Assembly: GCA_024704765.1 (NCBI GenBank)
Contig: JAKMXF010000221.1
Coordinates: 620,001 to 684,000 of the forward strand
DNA from: Oopsacas minuta
Taxonomy: Eukaryota; Animalia; Porifera
Direction of reading: 5' to 3'
Length of the DNA: 64,000 bases
Shown piece by piece: positions 1 through 10,518 of this stretch. The notes under the pieces were generated by a model, which saw nothing but the letters and a program-made list of their open reading frames with translations, was not told where the DNA came from and ran no database searches. Every line of letters starts with the position of its first letter. Position 1 is the first letter of the stretch. A program made the translations under genes and the position numbers.

Positions 1-416
1 ATATCTGCCAATTTTCGAACATAACAAACAACAAACAAACATTTAGAATTTCCCTAGCCAATCAATTTACATTATCAGATAGACTTAAGGATTTCATTTA
101 GCGTAAACTCTCACATCTGATAGGTCAATGTAATTGTACATCTCCTTAGTTACACAAAACTTCACAACTATGCAAAGTTTCAAGTTTATAGCTCTTACCA
201 GTTACCCAAACAATGCGTTTAAAACAAATATTGATTTTTGGTAAATAAGTTGTCCAAAGGGGGTTGTTTTATGTACCCTATCGTCATACTCAGGGGGGCG
301 CAGTTCCAGCCCGCACAGAAAGGAAGTGGACACACAATAGAAGATATAAATAATAAATAAACAAACAAAAATCAAACAATATATATAAACAATTCAGTGA
401 TAGTTGGTTCTATTCC

Positions 417-3016
417 TCATGCATTTATGACGTCATCATTCAATTTCTTATAACACCTATCGCATACCCTAACCGGATTAGAAAATCCCAAATCTAATAA
501 TGGAAACTTTTGTGACGTACAATTCCCGCAATATATCCCACCACATTTCCTACAATGATGGCGTCGACGGACCATAGTGAACCCCACGTTACAGAGCATA
601 CAGTGATTAGCCTCACGGTCCGGGACCCATGAGTGGAGGACTGTGCATGCCATATGGTTCCCGCCACAATAAAGTGTCTCGACTGCTTTGTCGGTTAAGG
701 ATTCTAGGACATTTGGTTTGGATCTGTTGTTGGTGTCTCTGTGTCCCAGTTGTCCGTTTTGATTCTGCCCCCAGGTTACCACACGCTTGCTCTCTGTTAG
801 GGCTGCTGAGAAGTTGCTGCCACTTGACACCTATATATACATAACTGTTTGTTTCTTATGTCAGAATAGATTGAAGAACTGGTAAGAGCTATAAATTTGA
901 AATTTTGCATGTATGTGTATAGTGTTACAATGTGTATGTAAATGTGGAAAGGAAATTATGACACATCTCTGAGAAAAGGTGACAGGTGTCTCACCCAATC
1001 AGATTTGAGGGCTATAAGCTGAATTTATGTAACACCTATTAGATACTGTAATTTGATTGGTTAAGACTACTCACCTGTCTAATAGTACTCAACACTACGT
1101 TATTGAGCTGCACCTGTTTGAAACCAGTTCCTACCCGTGAGGGGGAGATAGATTGGTACTCATGGAGATCAGGATAATCCTCTCCAATCACACATAACTT
1201 TACTCCACACGTGTAGATACGACCGGTATCTGTCAGTACAAGGGAGTGAGCATCTCCACATGCTATGTCACGCACAGGGTCATCTGATGTGAAGAATTCT
1301 ATTGGTCGAGCTGAACCTATTAGATTACAGAGTTTATAGGCTTATAATTATAATTATTGATATGAGGTTATTATTGATGTTGAATTGGAATAGGCACAGG
1401 TTGACTGGAATTTTAATAAAATAGTACTTACCCAGATGTAAGGTATCACCGTGTCCAAGCTGTCCACCGTCTCCCCTTCCCCAGCTGGCTATAATACCGC
1501 TCTCACTCATTAGCAAAGAGTGGTATGCTCCTGTTACCACTTTAACCGCCACAATATCCGTGAACACCTGACAAATAGCCACATCGTCATCTGGTAGTTT
1601 AGGAGGGCTCGTCCCAGGCTCTGCTCCCGCCCCCAGCTGTCCGTACTCATTGTCTCCGAATGAGTATATTGTTCCTGTCTCATCTAAAGCTAGAGTGTAG
1701 TCCTGACCACATGATGACATAGTTACCTTAAGCTGAAATATCATTGGTTAAAACAACCCGCCAAACTTAATAGGCATAATTCTAATTTCAATAATCAACA
1801 TGAATTCTGGAACAACAAACCTACCTACCTTCCTTCTTCCAAGAGCCTCTACAGGTCTAGGGTGTGTCTGTCTCCCCTCCTCACTTGTGTACCCTAGTCT
1901 ATTCCCCGCCCTCCCCCATGTAAACACCTCCCCAGAGTCCAACACAACAGCTGCATGATACTCCCCACAAGATATGTATGTAACATCCATACCTCTAAGC
2001 GGGAATCCTATTGGTCAACTCAATCAATATGCATATCGTAAAAGTATAAATAGCAATCTCACCGATCATGAGGGGTAAGAACCTATCTCTTAAGTTCCCG
2101 TGTCCTAGTCGTCCGTACTTACCAGACCCCCATGAAAACACCTCTCCCTGGGTGCTTAGAGCAATAGAGAATGTTCTAGAGAGTGCCAGCTGAGTTATGT
2201 CCTTGGTTAAGAGGGGGTCTAGAATCTTTGGTTCCAATTCATCAGTCTCCTCTCCATGTCCTAGCATCCCCCTCCATCCTCTCCCCCATGTGTATACATC
2301 ACAGCTGTCGTCTTGGCGCGTAACGCGGGCACCTCCTAAACATATATAGTGTCAGGGACGCCGAAATATCTACCTCGTTTCCCCGCTTATGGAGGTTTTA
2401 CTGTAAGACTTAGAACTCTTACCCAGAGCTCCAAACTCAATCTCCAATCCTTTCTTATTCGACCTAATAGTCTTAGATTTCTTATAAACAATTCCATGAC
2501 AGGCATTTACAGCTTCTGTGTCAGAGAATCCATTCATTAATGCGTCTAGTGACACCATCCATGTGTCGTACTCAGCCCTCTCAGTGCATACCACATCTAG
2601 TGACCTCTCTCCAACACCTAGAGATTGTTCATATTTATGTCATAAGTATTTTCGGACAGTTTTAACTGTCCCTTTGGGGTAAAGCAGGTCCCATTGTTCC
2701 CGTGTTTACCTGCAGTATCGTATATGAGAGAGAATGAGAAAGCCTCATATCCCTGAACAGGGGTAGCCCTGAATATGGCTGTGTCTTGCCCCTTCACAAG
2801 TTTCCTAATATCCTTGATGTATACACAAGCCCCTGTCTCCCCCTTACGTGGGGACTCCCAGGAGATTTTAGTCAGATCGGCGCTCAACTGGAACCTTCTG
2901 TAATGTGGTCTCCCGGACCTACCGGCCTTTAGGAGAGTACACCCCATGGTTAGGTGAGCTATACTCAACACGATATCCTCTGACGTATTGGAACTAGTAC
3001 TAGTTTCTGTTGACAT
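417..3016 (-). CDS. PH-RCC1 repeat-FYVE protein (PRAF/RLD-like architecture), multi-exon
   Basis: Exons in ORFs 2618-3016 and 2370-2594 give a PLC-type PH domain (GCTLLKAGRSGRPHYRRFQLS...SFSLIY, then VCTERAEYDTWMVSL). ORFs 1995-2267, 1748-1990, 1334-1744 and 1039-1275 give RCC1 repeats (WGSGKYGRLGHG, CGEYHAAV, FGDNEYGQLG, ACGDAHSL). ORF 417-830 gives the last RCC1 repeat plus FYVE (WVPD..CMLC..RRRHHCRKCG..VRVCDRC). GT-AG junctions seen at 2710/2617 and 1075/830. Confidence 0.9.
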
Positions 3017-3292
3017 AACTTATCTAGAATGAAATAGAAATTTACCGCCTTACATACTAACTAAACAACTGATTCCGGCGCACAAAAATATTATATATTT
3101 GTCAACTATCCCGGGTTTTGGCTGGACTATGCATATGCTGAGTAACATCCCGAAAATACGCGCCCAAAATCTGATTTGTCCCGCGTATTTTGAGGTGAAA
3201 CTAACTCTTCCCAGCCCTAAGAATAGCTAACGAATCTTATACAAATATATGTAATTATAACTAATTTGTATTCTAACATATCTAAGTATACT

Positions 3293-5041
3293 ATGCTGCC
3301 TAAACTATCCGTACCAGGATTGAACTCATCATTGGACAGGTTCCTGACAGCCCTGAAGCCCCTACTCACCCCCAAGGAGTACAAGGAAACTGTATGGATT
3401 ACAAAAAAATTCGCGAAAGAAGAAGGCCCAATTCTCCAAGAGAGTTTAATGAAATTATCAAAAGTGACAGAGAATTGGGCGACACATGTCTGGCTCCACA
3501 CGCGGTACCTCACAAATAGGACCCCCTTACAGGTGACCAACGGGTCCTCTTCTATTGGAAAGAATATCAATTGGGTAACTAAAGAGGATATGCTTAACAC
3601 CCTGTCAAAATATATACTATATCTAACTAAATTACTAAGGAACATAGGGGCCGATAAGTACCCATGGGAGAGGCTAAATAGCGTCCCATTTTGTACCCAA
3701 CAGTTCAAAGATATGGTAGGAGGACACAGACTACCCGGTCTAAAAATAGATTCGTATAAATATTCCCCGCATAGCAACCATATCGTGGTCATGTATGCAG
3801 GGAGTATATATAAAGTACCGGTCTCTACCGGAGACAGGATAGCGACCCTCCATGAGATCTATCATCTCCTCTCTAGGGTGTTTGAACCCAGACACGAAGG
3901 GGCAAGTCTAGGTCTCCTCACGGCTCTAGACAGGGACAGTTGGTACACCGTTAGGGAACATTTAAAACTGTCCCCCGTCAACACAGCGTCCCTAACAACC
4001 ATCGAGGAATGCTTATTCGGTTTGTGTATTGATGACTCACCATCCGAAGGGATTACTACATTAATGAAACAATCAAGATTCGGTGATCGAAAGGGAAACT
4101 TCCAATTTTTCAATCGTTGGTATGGTATCGCTACTCAAACAGCGTTCACGGGTGATGGATACTATTCTTGGGTGTCTGAGCACTCCATGTTTGACGGAGG
4201 AGTGATAGCTCTATTCTGGGACCTCTCTATGACACTAGACTCCACAGACCCGATTATCGATGGAGCCAGTACTCAGTTACAAATTGAACGATTGCAATGG
4301 GAAGTAACACCTTTCATAGCATCACATTTAGAAGTGGCACGATCGACACTTTCAAAATGTTATGATAAATATGACATACACACATTCCAATTCTGTAACT
4401 ATGGAAAAGATTTTGTTAAGAATAGTGGTCTATATTTCCATGGTTACATGCAGCTTGCCTTACAGCTGGCGTATTATAGATCATCTCAGAAACTATTCAC
4501 TAGTTACACCCCTGTAGGTCTTACACAGTTCAAAGGGGGGCGATTGGAGCAGGCACGTACTACAACTTTGGAGTCTGTTGAGTTTATAATGGCCATGTCA
4601 GGAAATAGGAAATACACCAGGAAAGACAAATTTAATCTTATGGCACAAGCCACAGAGCGACACAAAATCATAGTTACTGAAACGAGTAAAGGGAATGTGT
4701 TTCTTAAACACCTACAAGCTCTAGAAATGTTGGAAAAAGATGAGGGAATAAATTCGGGATTTTTCAAGAGTAAATATTTTAAAATATTCGCTGAGCCCTC
4801 ACTGGCTGCAGCTTCTGTGTACTCTCCAGTCGATGGGGTAGGTGTGTACCTCCCAACAGCTGGTGAGGGCTATTTTATGGTTTTCCAGCCTAGCAACCAA
4901 CACCAATTAATTGATATGGCGATATGTGGTATAGCAGATAATTCAGGTAACATTCCTATAGCTCAATTCTGTGAAAGTATTGACAAAGCATTGATGGACA
5001 TGAAAGCACTAATAATTACTAATAATATTTCTAAGTTATGA
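3293..5041 (+). CDS. choline/carnitine O-acyltransferase family protein with C-terminal PTS1 (SKL), intronless
   Basis: LPKLSVPGLNSSLDRFL N-terminal motif, ENWATHVWL, LTALDRDSW, NRWY and catalytic EHSMFDG; ends NISKL. First ATG is at 3293 (the ORF track starts at a TTG at 3266). Confidence 0.9.
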   Translation: MLPKLSVPGLNSSLDRFLTALKPLLTPKEYKETVWITKKFAKEEGPILQESLMKLSKVTENWATHVWLHTRYLTNRTPLQVTNGSSSIGKNINWVTKEDMLNTLSKYILYLTKLLRNIGADKYPWERLNSVPFCTQQFKDMVGGHRLPGLKIDSYKYSPHSNHIVVMYAGSIYKVPVSTGDRIATLHEIYHLLSRVFEPRHEGASLGLLTALDRDSWYTVREHLKLSPVNTASLTTIEECLFGLCIDDSPSEGITTLMKQSRFGDRKGNFQFFNRWYGIATQTAFTGDGYYSWVSEHSMFDGGVIALFWDLSMTLDSTDPIIDGASTQLQIERLQWEVTPFIASHLEVARSTLSKCYDKYDIHTFQFCNYGKDFVKNSGLYFHGYMQLALQLAYYRSSQKLFTSYTPVGLTQFKGGRLEQARTTTLESVEFIMAMSGNRKYTRKDKFNLMAQATERHKIIVTETSKGNVFLKHLQALEMLEKDEGINSGFFKSKYFKIFAEPSLAAASVYSPVDGVGVYLPTAGEGYFMVFQPSNQHQLIDMAICGIADNSGNIPIAQFCESIDKALMDMKALIITNNISKL

Positions 5042-5328
5042 AAATAGTTTTAGGTGTTATATTTATTAAATTACATTCTTCATATTTGGTGTATATATAT
5101 ATTTTTAGGCGCGTAATGTTCCTGATTTGGACGGTAACATATTGATTCTGTTCTAATTTGAGTCTCATTGTCGACACTTTGTGTCATCCAAGGCTGCTGA
5201 ATGGCAGTTTTAGTTGCCCGCTAAACACCTAGATATTCCCCTGGCCGTGGGACTCATGGAGGATAGGGGAGATGTTCTTCCCTTCATTTATGGATCTGCC
5301 CAATTTCCCCAGCACTTAATTATTAATA

Positions 5329-5567
5329 CCGTAAACGGGGGCTACTTTGGGCCACTGGGTTTGCTTTAGCCCAAATATGAAAGCTCCAAAGAAACTAGAT
5401 TGGATTCAGCATTGTACTTGAAAATGACTTACCAAGTTTTTAACGAGTTTCCAAATATATCGGTAGACAGTTTCGAATACAAATACAATATCTATTCGAT
5501 ACGTAAGCAAATTTTAATATTTGGGCTAAAGCAAACCCAGAGGGCCAAAGTAGCCCCCAGTTTACGG
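5329..5567. mobile_element. MITE-A, 239 bp, ~52-bp terminal inverted repeats, TA target duplication (Tc1/mariner-type ends)
   Basis: Left end TA|CCGTAAACGGGGGCTACTTTGGGCCACTGGGTTTGCTTTAGCCCAAATAT is the near-perfect reverse complement of right end ATATTTGGGCTAAAGCAAACCCAGAGGGCCAAAGTAGCCCCCAGTTTACGG|TA. Confidence 0.85.
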
Positions 5568-5569
5568 TA

Positions 5570-5688
5570 TAGTATATACCGGTTATAAAAACACCCTTGA
5601 GAGTAGAAATACAGATTCACATAACCGGTATAAATATACAGGAATTATGAGAACATTATTCCGGTATTCTTATAACCGACATCTACTG
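5570..5688. mobile_element. MITE-B, ~119 bp, degenerate pogo/Tigger-like ends, TA flanks
   Basis: Left TATAGTATATACCGGTTATAAAA vs reverse complement of right end TACAGTAGATGTCGGTTATAAGA: 18/23 identical including the TA flanks. Internal segments recur at ~9433-9532 and 18661-18724. Confidence 0.6.
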
Positions 5689-5816
5689 TACAACTTTAGG
5701 GGGTGCTTTGTCAGGCACCCATCGCGCCCCTGAGCCAATTAGCGTCCGAAAATCATAGAAATGTAATCAAAAGCAAATAAATATGACAAACTTAAAATAT
5801 AATCTCAAAAATTATT

Positions 5817-7307
5817 TCAATCTTGAAAAATCTTCTTTCTTAGGAATTTGGGATATATCATATTCCAAATAGAAAGTGGAGTGAAAAGCAGAAAAGTAGC
5901 AATTAATGCGAGAATAAAAATAAGAGTTTCGTCATCAAACGATAACACAGGTTCGAGAAAACCGGACACAATTGGACCCACACCATTCGCAAGGAAATAC
6001 GTCGCTATACGAATTGAACTCAAAATCTCTGGAACATTATTCAATTTTTTTTTCAGCTTTTGAGGTACATGTTTGTCCATATCGACATACATAGCACCAT
6101 ACGCTAAAGTGTATCCAACACCTAATAATAACTGTGCAAAAAACGTGATAGCGATATAATTCACTGTTAGATTGTTCTCAGGGACAGGAAAAATACTTGT
6201 GTTCACACTGGGACGAGGAACACGGGACCTATCTTGGAATATATAATAAATGGGAGGTGTTAATATGAGACCCACCATATGTACAGGTAAACTTAACAAG
6301 ATGAATATTCTAGCACCTTTCCGTTCACTGATAATCCCAACAATTGGAAGTAAGATTGTGTAAGACAAGTTAGGTAGGGCCATCACGTAGCCGATGGTAA
6401 CATAGGACACACCGTAAGTCCGCTCTAGAAAGGGTCCAAGTGAGTTGTACTGATAGGACCAACACATAGTGACAACAAGATTAACAATAATAACAGCAAG
6501 GATGTTTACATTTGGGATTAACCTGAATATATTCAAATAGTCACTGAAACTGTCCGCTTGTATGCTTTCTATTTTTATTAATGGGAGGAAAATGAGGGCA
6601 ATGATGGTGCAAATAAGTGCCAGTGCAGAATGGACAGCCCAGGACCAGAACCAACCGGTATTGTCATATAAAGCACCTCCAATAATCGGGGAAACTACAT
6701 ACCCAATACCCGATATGGTATCTATGAAAGCTAGGACGGTATTTTGATGGTTTGGGAATAATGCCATGCCTATAGAATAACTTGACGTGTAAACAGCTGC
6801 TATCCCAATGGCTAGAGTAATAATCAAAACAAACGAATAAACAGCAAACAAAATCGGAACCATTCTGTCGATAAAGGCGAATAGAAACATAGAAACAGTT
6901 AAGATAAGATAGCCGCAGAAGTAAAGGAATTTTGGACCAATGATCTTGATAAAAACCCCGAAAGTTAGACAGAAAATGAAAACTAAGAAGTAAAGGAGAC
7001 CGAATTGATTGCCGATAATTTCAGGTCCCACATTCTTTATGTCTTCAGCGTAGTTAGGGTAAAAAGGGAAAAAGAATGACGAACAGCTCACGTTGACAAG
7101 ACACGAGAGGGAAATTATTAAAAGGAAGATAGCTTTCTTCCAAAAGGGTAGAGTCGAAAAATCTGTGATTCTGACGAAAGTTGATCTTGAGAAGAAACGA
7201 GTATTTACTCTGACCCTCGGTTCTGTGAAAGTAGAGAGTGTTAAAATGGAATTTTTAGAGCTGGATTTGTTGCTCTCTATCAAACTGTCACTCTCTGGGG
7301 AATCCAT
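5817..7307 (-). CDS. Major facilitator superfamily transporter (SLC18B1-like), intronless
   Basis: 496 aa with about 12 hydrophobic helices; FFFPFYP in TM1, GYVVSPIIGGALY and GIISERKGAR loop motifs. Confidence 0.85.
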   Translation of the reverse strand: MDSPESDSLIESNKSSSKNSILTLSTFTEPRVRVNTRFFSRSTFVRITDFSTLPFWKKAIFLLIISLSCLVNVSCSSFFFPFYPNYAEDIKNVGPEIIGNQFGLLYFLVFIFCLTFGVFIKIIGPKFLYFCGYLILTVSMFLFAFIDRMVPILFAVYSFVLIITLAIGIAAVYTSSYSIGMALFPNHQNTVLAFIDTISGIGYVVSPIIGGALYDNTGWFWSWAVHSALALICTIIALIFLPLIKIESIQADSFSDYLNIFRLIPNVNILAVIIVNLVVTMCWSYQYNSLGPFLERTYGVSYVTIGYVMALPNLSYTILLPIVGIISERKGARIFILLSLPVHMVGLILTPPIYYIFQDRSRVPRPSVNTSIFPVPENNLTVNYIAITFFAQLLLGVGYTLAYGAMYVDMDKHVPQKLKKKLNNVPEILSSIRIATYFLANGVGPIVSGFLEPVLSFDDETLIFILALIATFLLFTPLSIWNMIYPKFLRKKIFQD

Positions 7308-7389
7308 CCTTCACACAATTGGAACTAAACGAATAGATTGGTGAGAATTACCATATTATAGAGGCAGTGAGGACAGCTGTACCCAACCT

Positions 7390-7420
7390 GGGGTCCACAC
7401 AATGTGTTAAAATTGGTATA
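7390..7420 (+). repeat. 31-bp dispersed repeat GGGGTCCACA(C/A)AATGTGTTAAAATTGGTA
   Basis: Near-identical copies at 10669-10699 (+) and 42174-42203 (reverse complement), all intergenic. Confidence 0.75.
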
Positions 7421-7941
7421 GCAAATCGACCAGTCCACGGGTGAAAAAGGTTGGGAACCGGTACTTTAGGAGTTGGTTCATGTCTGAATTTTATTATTTT
7501 TATCACTCGACAAAAACAAAATTAACCCTCAAGTCCAGTCTGACAGTTCCATAATTCTTATGGTGTGACAATTGTGTCCGGGACACAATTTTTCGGGAAG
7601 ATGGCACACTGACCTACATAAAGCAGACTTAGAGTTTACGAGATAAGCCATGCAAAGTGTTTGAAGCACAGAAATTCTGGCTGATCTTTCCAAAATGGTA
7701 TGAATGGAAATACTTTAATGTAAGAATAATATCATATTAGTCCCTATATTAGTTCCAATATATTAGTTCCAATTTTAGTTCCAGTATGTAATAAAGTATG
7801 ATTTTAGAAATTTAATACTTAACTGGTATTAGAATAGCATAGCAGCAGATATAGCACTTCTCAATAATTATAGCAATAGGATAAATTATGACGTCAGATT
7901 AAGGCAGAAGTACTTGATTTAGAACTGGGCGCCATATTGAT

Positions 7942-8268
7942 TTAATTTAGGGCGGGGATCGGGGAAATGAACACGTCATCATTATATTCGTAATAAACAG
8001 CGTTCTGCCAGAAAGCAATTTCTCTGAGAAGATTAGTTCTTTCATTTTCAAGTGCGCATTTTTGAAGTTCTCTTGTTTTTATACGTTCACGGTATAGAGC
8101 CCTGCTTTTTCTGGTGTAGATCTTTGATTTAATTCTTTTACGAGATATCAGTAACTCTGAGACTTCATCCTTCGTGAAATTTTGTGAGTGGAAAAAATCT
8201 GTCAGTTCTTTTTTTGTTGAGCCAGTGAGTAGCTCGTCTGAAACGCTCTCAATAGAAGATTCAGACAT
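7942..8268 (-). CDS. small divergent Maf-like bZIP protein
   Basis: ELTDFFHSQNFTKDEVSELLISRKRIKSKIYTRKSR followed by a heptad zipper; resembles the Maf extended homology region plus RRTLKNRGYA basic motif. Confidence 0.6.
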   Translation of the reverse strand: MSESSIESVSDELLTGSTKKELTDFFHSQNFTKDEVSELLISRKRIKSKIYTRKSRALYRERIKTRELQKCALENERTNLLREIAFWQNAVYYEYNDDVFISPIPALN

Positions 8269-9432
8269 TTTATTTTCTATTTCGATCGCTTCTTGTCGAA
8301 TTGTTCACTTCGTTACATTTATATACTTAAAAACTGCTTGGCGAAAATATTTCAATCCCTTATCCCTTACCTTATAAAACCAATAGCCAAAAATAGTAAT
8401 TGATATCTCAAATATACTGAAAGTACTCCTGATTGTAATCAACTTGTTTACGAAAATAATCTTACAATATTCCTGCTGGTATTTGTAATACAATTGTGTC
8501 ATTAATAACTGCTATGTAAGTATTAACGTGTAAGATATTACGTACGAATATAGTTAATCAATCTAATTATGGCAACATCATGAAGGTACCCCAGCAGCAA
8601 GGATATTCGTAAGATTTGTAAGACTTTGGCAGTAAGCAAAACACTGAGCTGCTGTATATAACTATATGCTAATAGAAGCAATAGGAGTTGGGAATTTGAG
8701 AATATGTTTGGAACTTTATTTTCTTTCTAAGAAGTTTGTTATGTCTATGTTTAAGAACTCTAACTTATACGTACTGAAGGCTGCAATATGGCAATCACCC
8801 CCCCCCTATTTCAATACTTTTTGAGATAATTATTTGATCACATATGGATTACGAAATATGGCGGTAAAAGTATCGAGAATATGCATTCCTTTGTCACTTA
8901 TATATCACTATGGAGGAGAAAATGATATTTGAGAGTTCACATGTCCTCCTGGATTAGGAAAATGGTCTTACTCTCAGTTCAAATCGGATTTTGTTGAGTG
9001 TTTTGCGTACTCCGTCAAGGGGTTTATTTTGGCTCAATTTTTAAGGACACACACGGGTAACCTGTCTGTCCCCACTGGGACAAGGATATGACACATAAAA
9101 TTGGAGTTATACAATCAGGAAAGGAATTATTCAAAATGCTTTCTCTTATAAATTGAACTTTGAAAGTGGTGTAAGGTAGAAATACTAAGAAATTATCTCA
9201 TACAAGTAATGAAATTGTAAGCAAAAGTTGGGACGAATATTGTCTTGTTGTTATTTGTTGTATAAAGAAATTGAACACCAAATACGTAGGAATGTTTGGT
9301 GAAGAGAGAAATTATTCAAGGATAGAATGTTCTAATTAACACCTCTATGAGAGTAGGTTAGTGAAAACAGTAAAATACAAAATAAGGAATTTGTAACAGC
9401 AGCTTCTCACTCGTGGCCACCCTATGCCAATG

Positions 9433-9532
9433 TATGTTCTTATAACCGGCATAATATACAGGAATATACGAGAACCGTTTTCCAGAGGATGGTGCTTATA
9501 CCGGTATGTTCTTATAACCGCCATCTACTGTA
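9433..9532 (+). repeat. fragment of the MITE-B family
   Basis: Shares ATAACCGG.ATAAT.ATACAGGAAT and CTTATAACCG.CATCTACTGTA with 5620-5690, and GAGAACCGTTTTCCAGAGGATGGTGCTTA with the reverse complement of 18661-18724. Confidence 0.7.
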
Positions 9533-9804
9533 TGTATTATCTGGAAATCAAAAATCAGTGCAATTCGATATTTTACCCAATTTTAGTGAAACTCGCCAAC
9601 ATATGCCACTTACCATATACACAAAGACACAATCTGAAAGAATGACATAAAAGGAAGACAAATAATGATTATGGCATTCGATAGAAGATCTAAGAAGTCT
9701 GCTAAGAAGCCCGCAATAAATTTGTAGGCATAATGACCGTATGAATATATCATATAAATCACAAAAACTCAATAATAAATAAACAAATAAACAAATAAAC
9801 AAAT

Positions 9805-10518
9805 ATGGAAAGATTATTGTGCGTAAAAGCTTTCATAATTTTGCTGTATTTTATACAAATAATATTTTCATTATTAGTGATGACTGGCAATATTTTACTA
9901 GCAGTTTTCATGAATGGATTATACATATTAATAATCGTAATTCCGTGTTTAATTACCGCCATTTTTGCAGGAATTTTAAGCGGGCTTGGCGGGGTTATAA
10001 TTATAAAGTGCGCCACTTGGATAAAAAAGGCGGGATTTAGGTTAAGAAGAAAGAGAATATACTTGAGTTTAATCATATTTGAGGTATTAAATATGATTAT
10101 ACATATATTGTCACTTGGGGTAACTATGGTGTATTTTATTTGGTCCGTATTGGACATATTTCAAGTTGAAAAGATACTTGGCAACGACACTATCACAAAT
10201 GTATTCAAAACTGAAATCGGCAGAGATTCGATACAATTATTATCGAACCTTGGAGCTATTGCGGTGTTATTATTATTTTGGTTATTTGTCCGATCTTTGA
10301 TCCTCTCGGGTCTATTTTATTGGCTCAAATTGGTTCGTAAGAATAAAGATATCATGTCTGGAATGTCCAAATTAGATTACAGTATTAAGAATTATAAAGA
10401 TTTGGTTGAAGAAACAGAGATAGGGTCTGTGGAGGCAGACAGAGATGATTGGGAGGACACTTTTGATGACGGTATAGGAGGACAGGATGTTTACGCTTGT
10501 AATAATAAAGTTGTATAA
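9805..10518 (+). CDS. uncharacterised multi-pass (about 4 TM) membrane protein with acidic C-terminal tail
   Basis: 237-aa ORF with ATG; four long hydrophobic segments; no family recognised. Confidence 0.65.
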   Translation: MERLLCVKAFIILLYFIQIIFSLLVMTGNILLAVFMNGLYILIIVIPCLITAIFAGILSGLGGVIIIKCATWIKKAGFRLRRKRIYLSLIIFEVLNMIIHILSLGVTMVYFIWSVLDIFQVEKILGNDTITNVFKTEIGRDSIQLLSNLGAIAVLLLFWLFVRSLILSGLFYWLKLVRKNKDIMSGMSKLDYSIKNYKDLVEETEIGSVEADRDDWEDTFDDGIGGQDVYACNNKVV

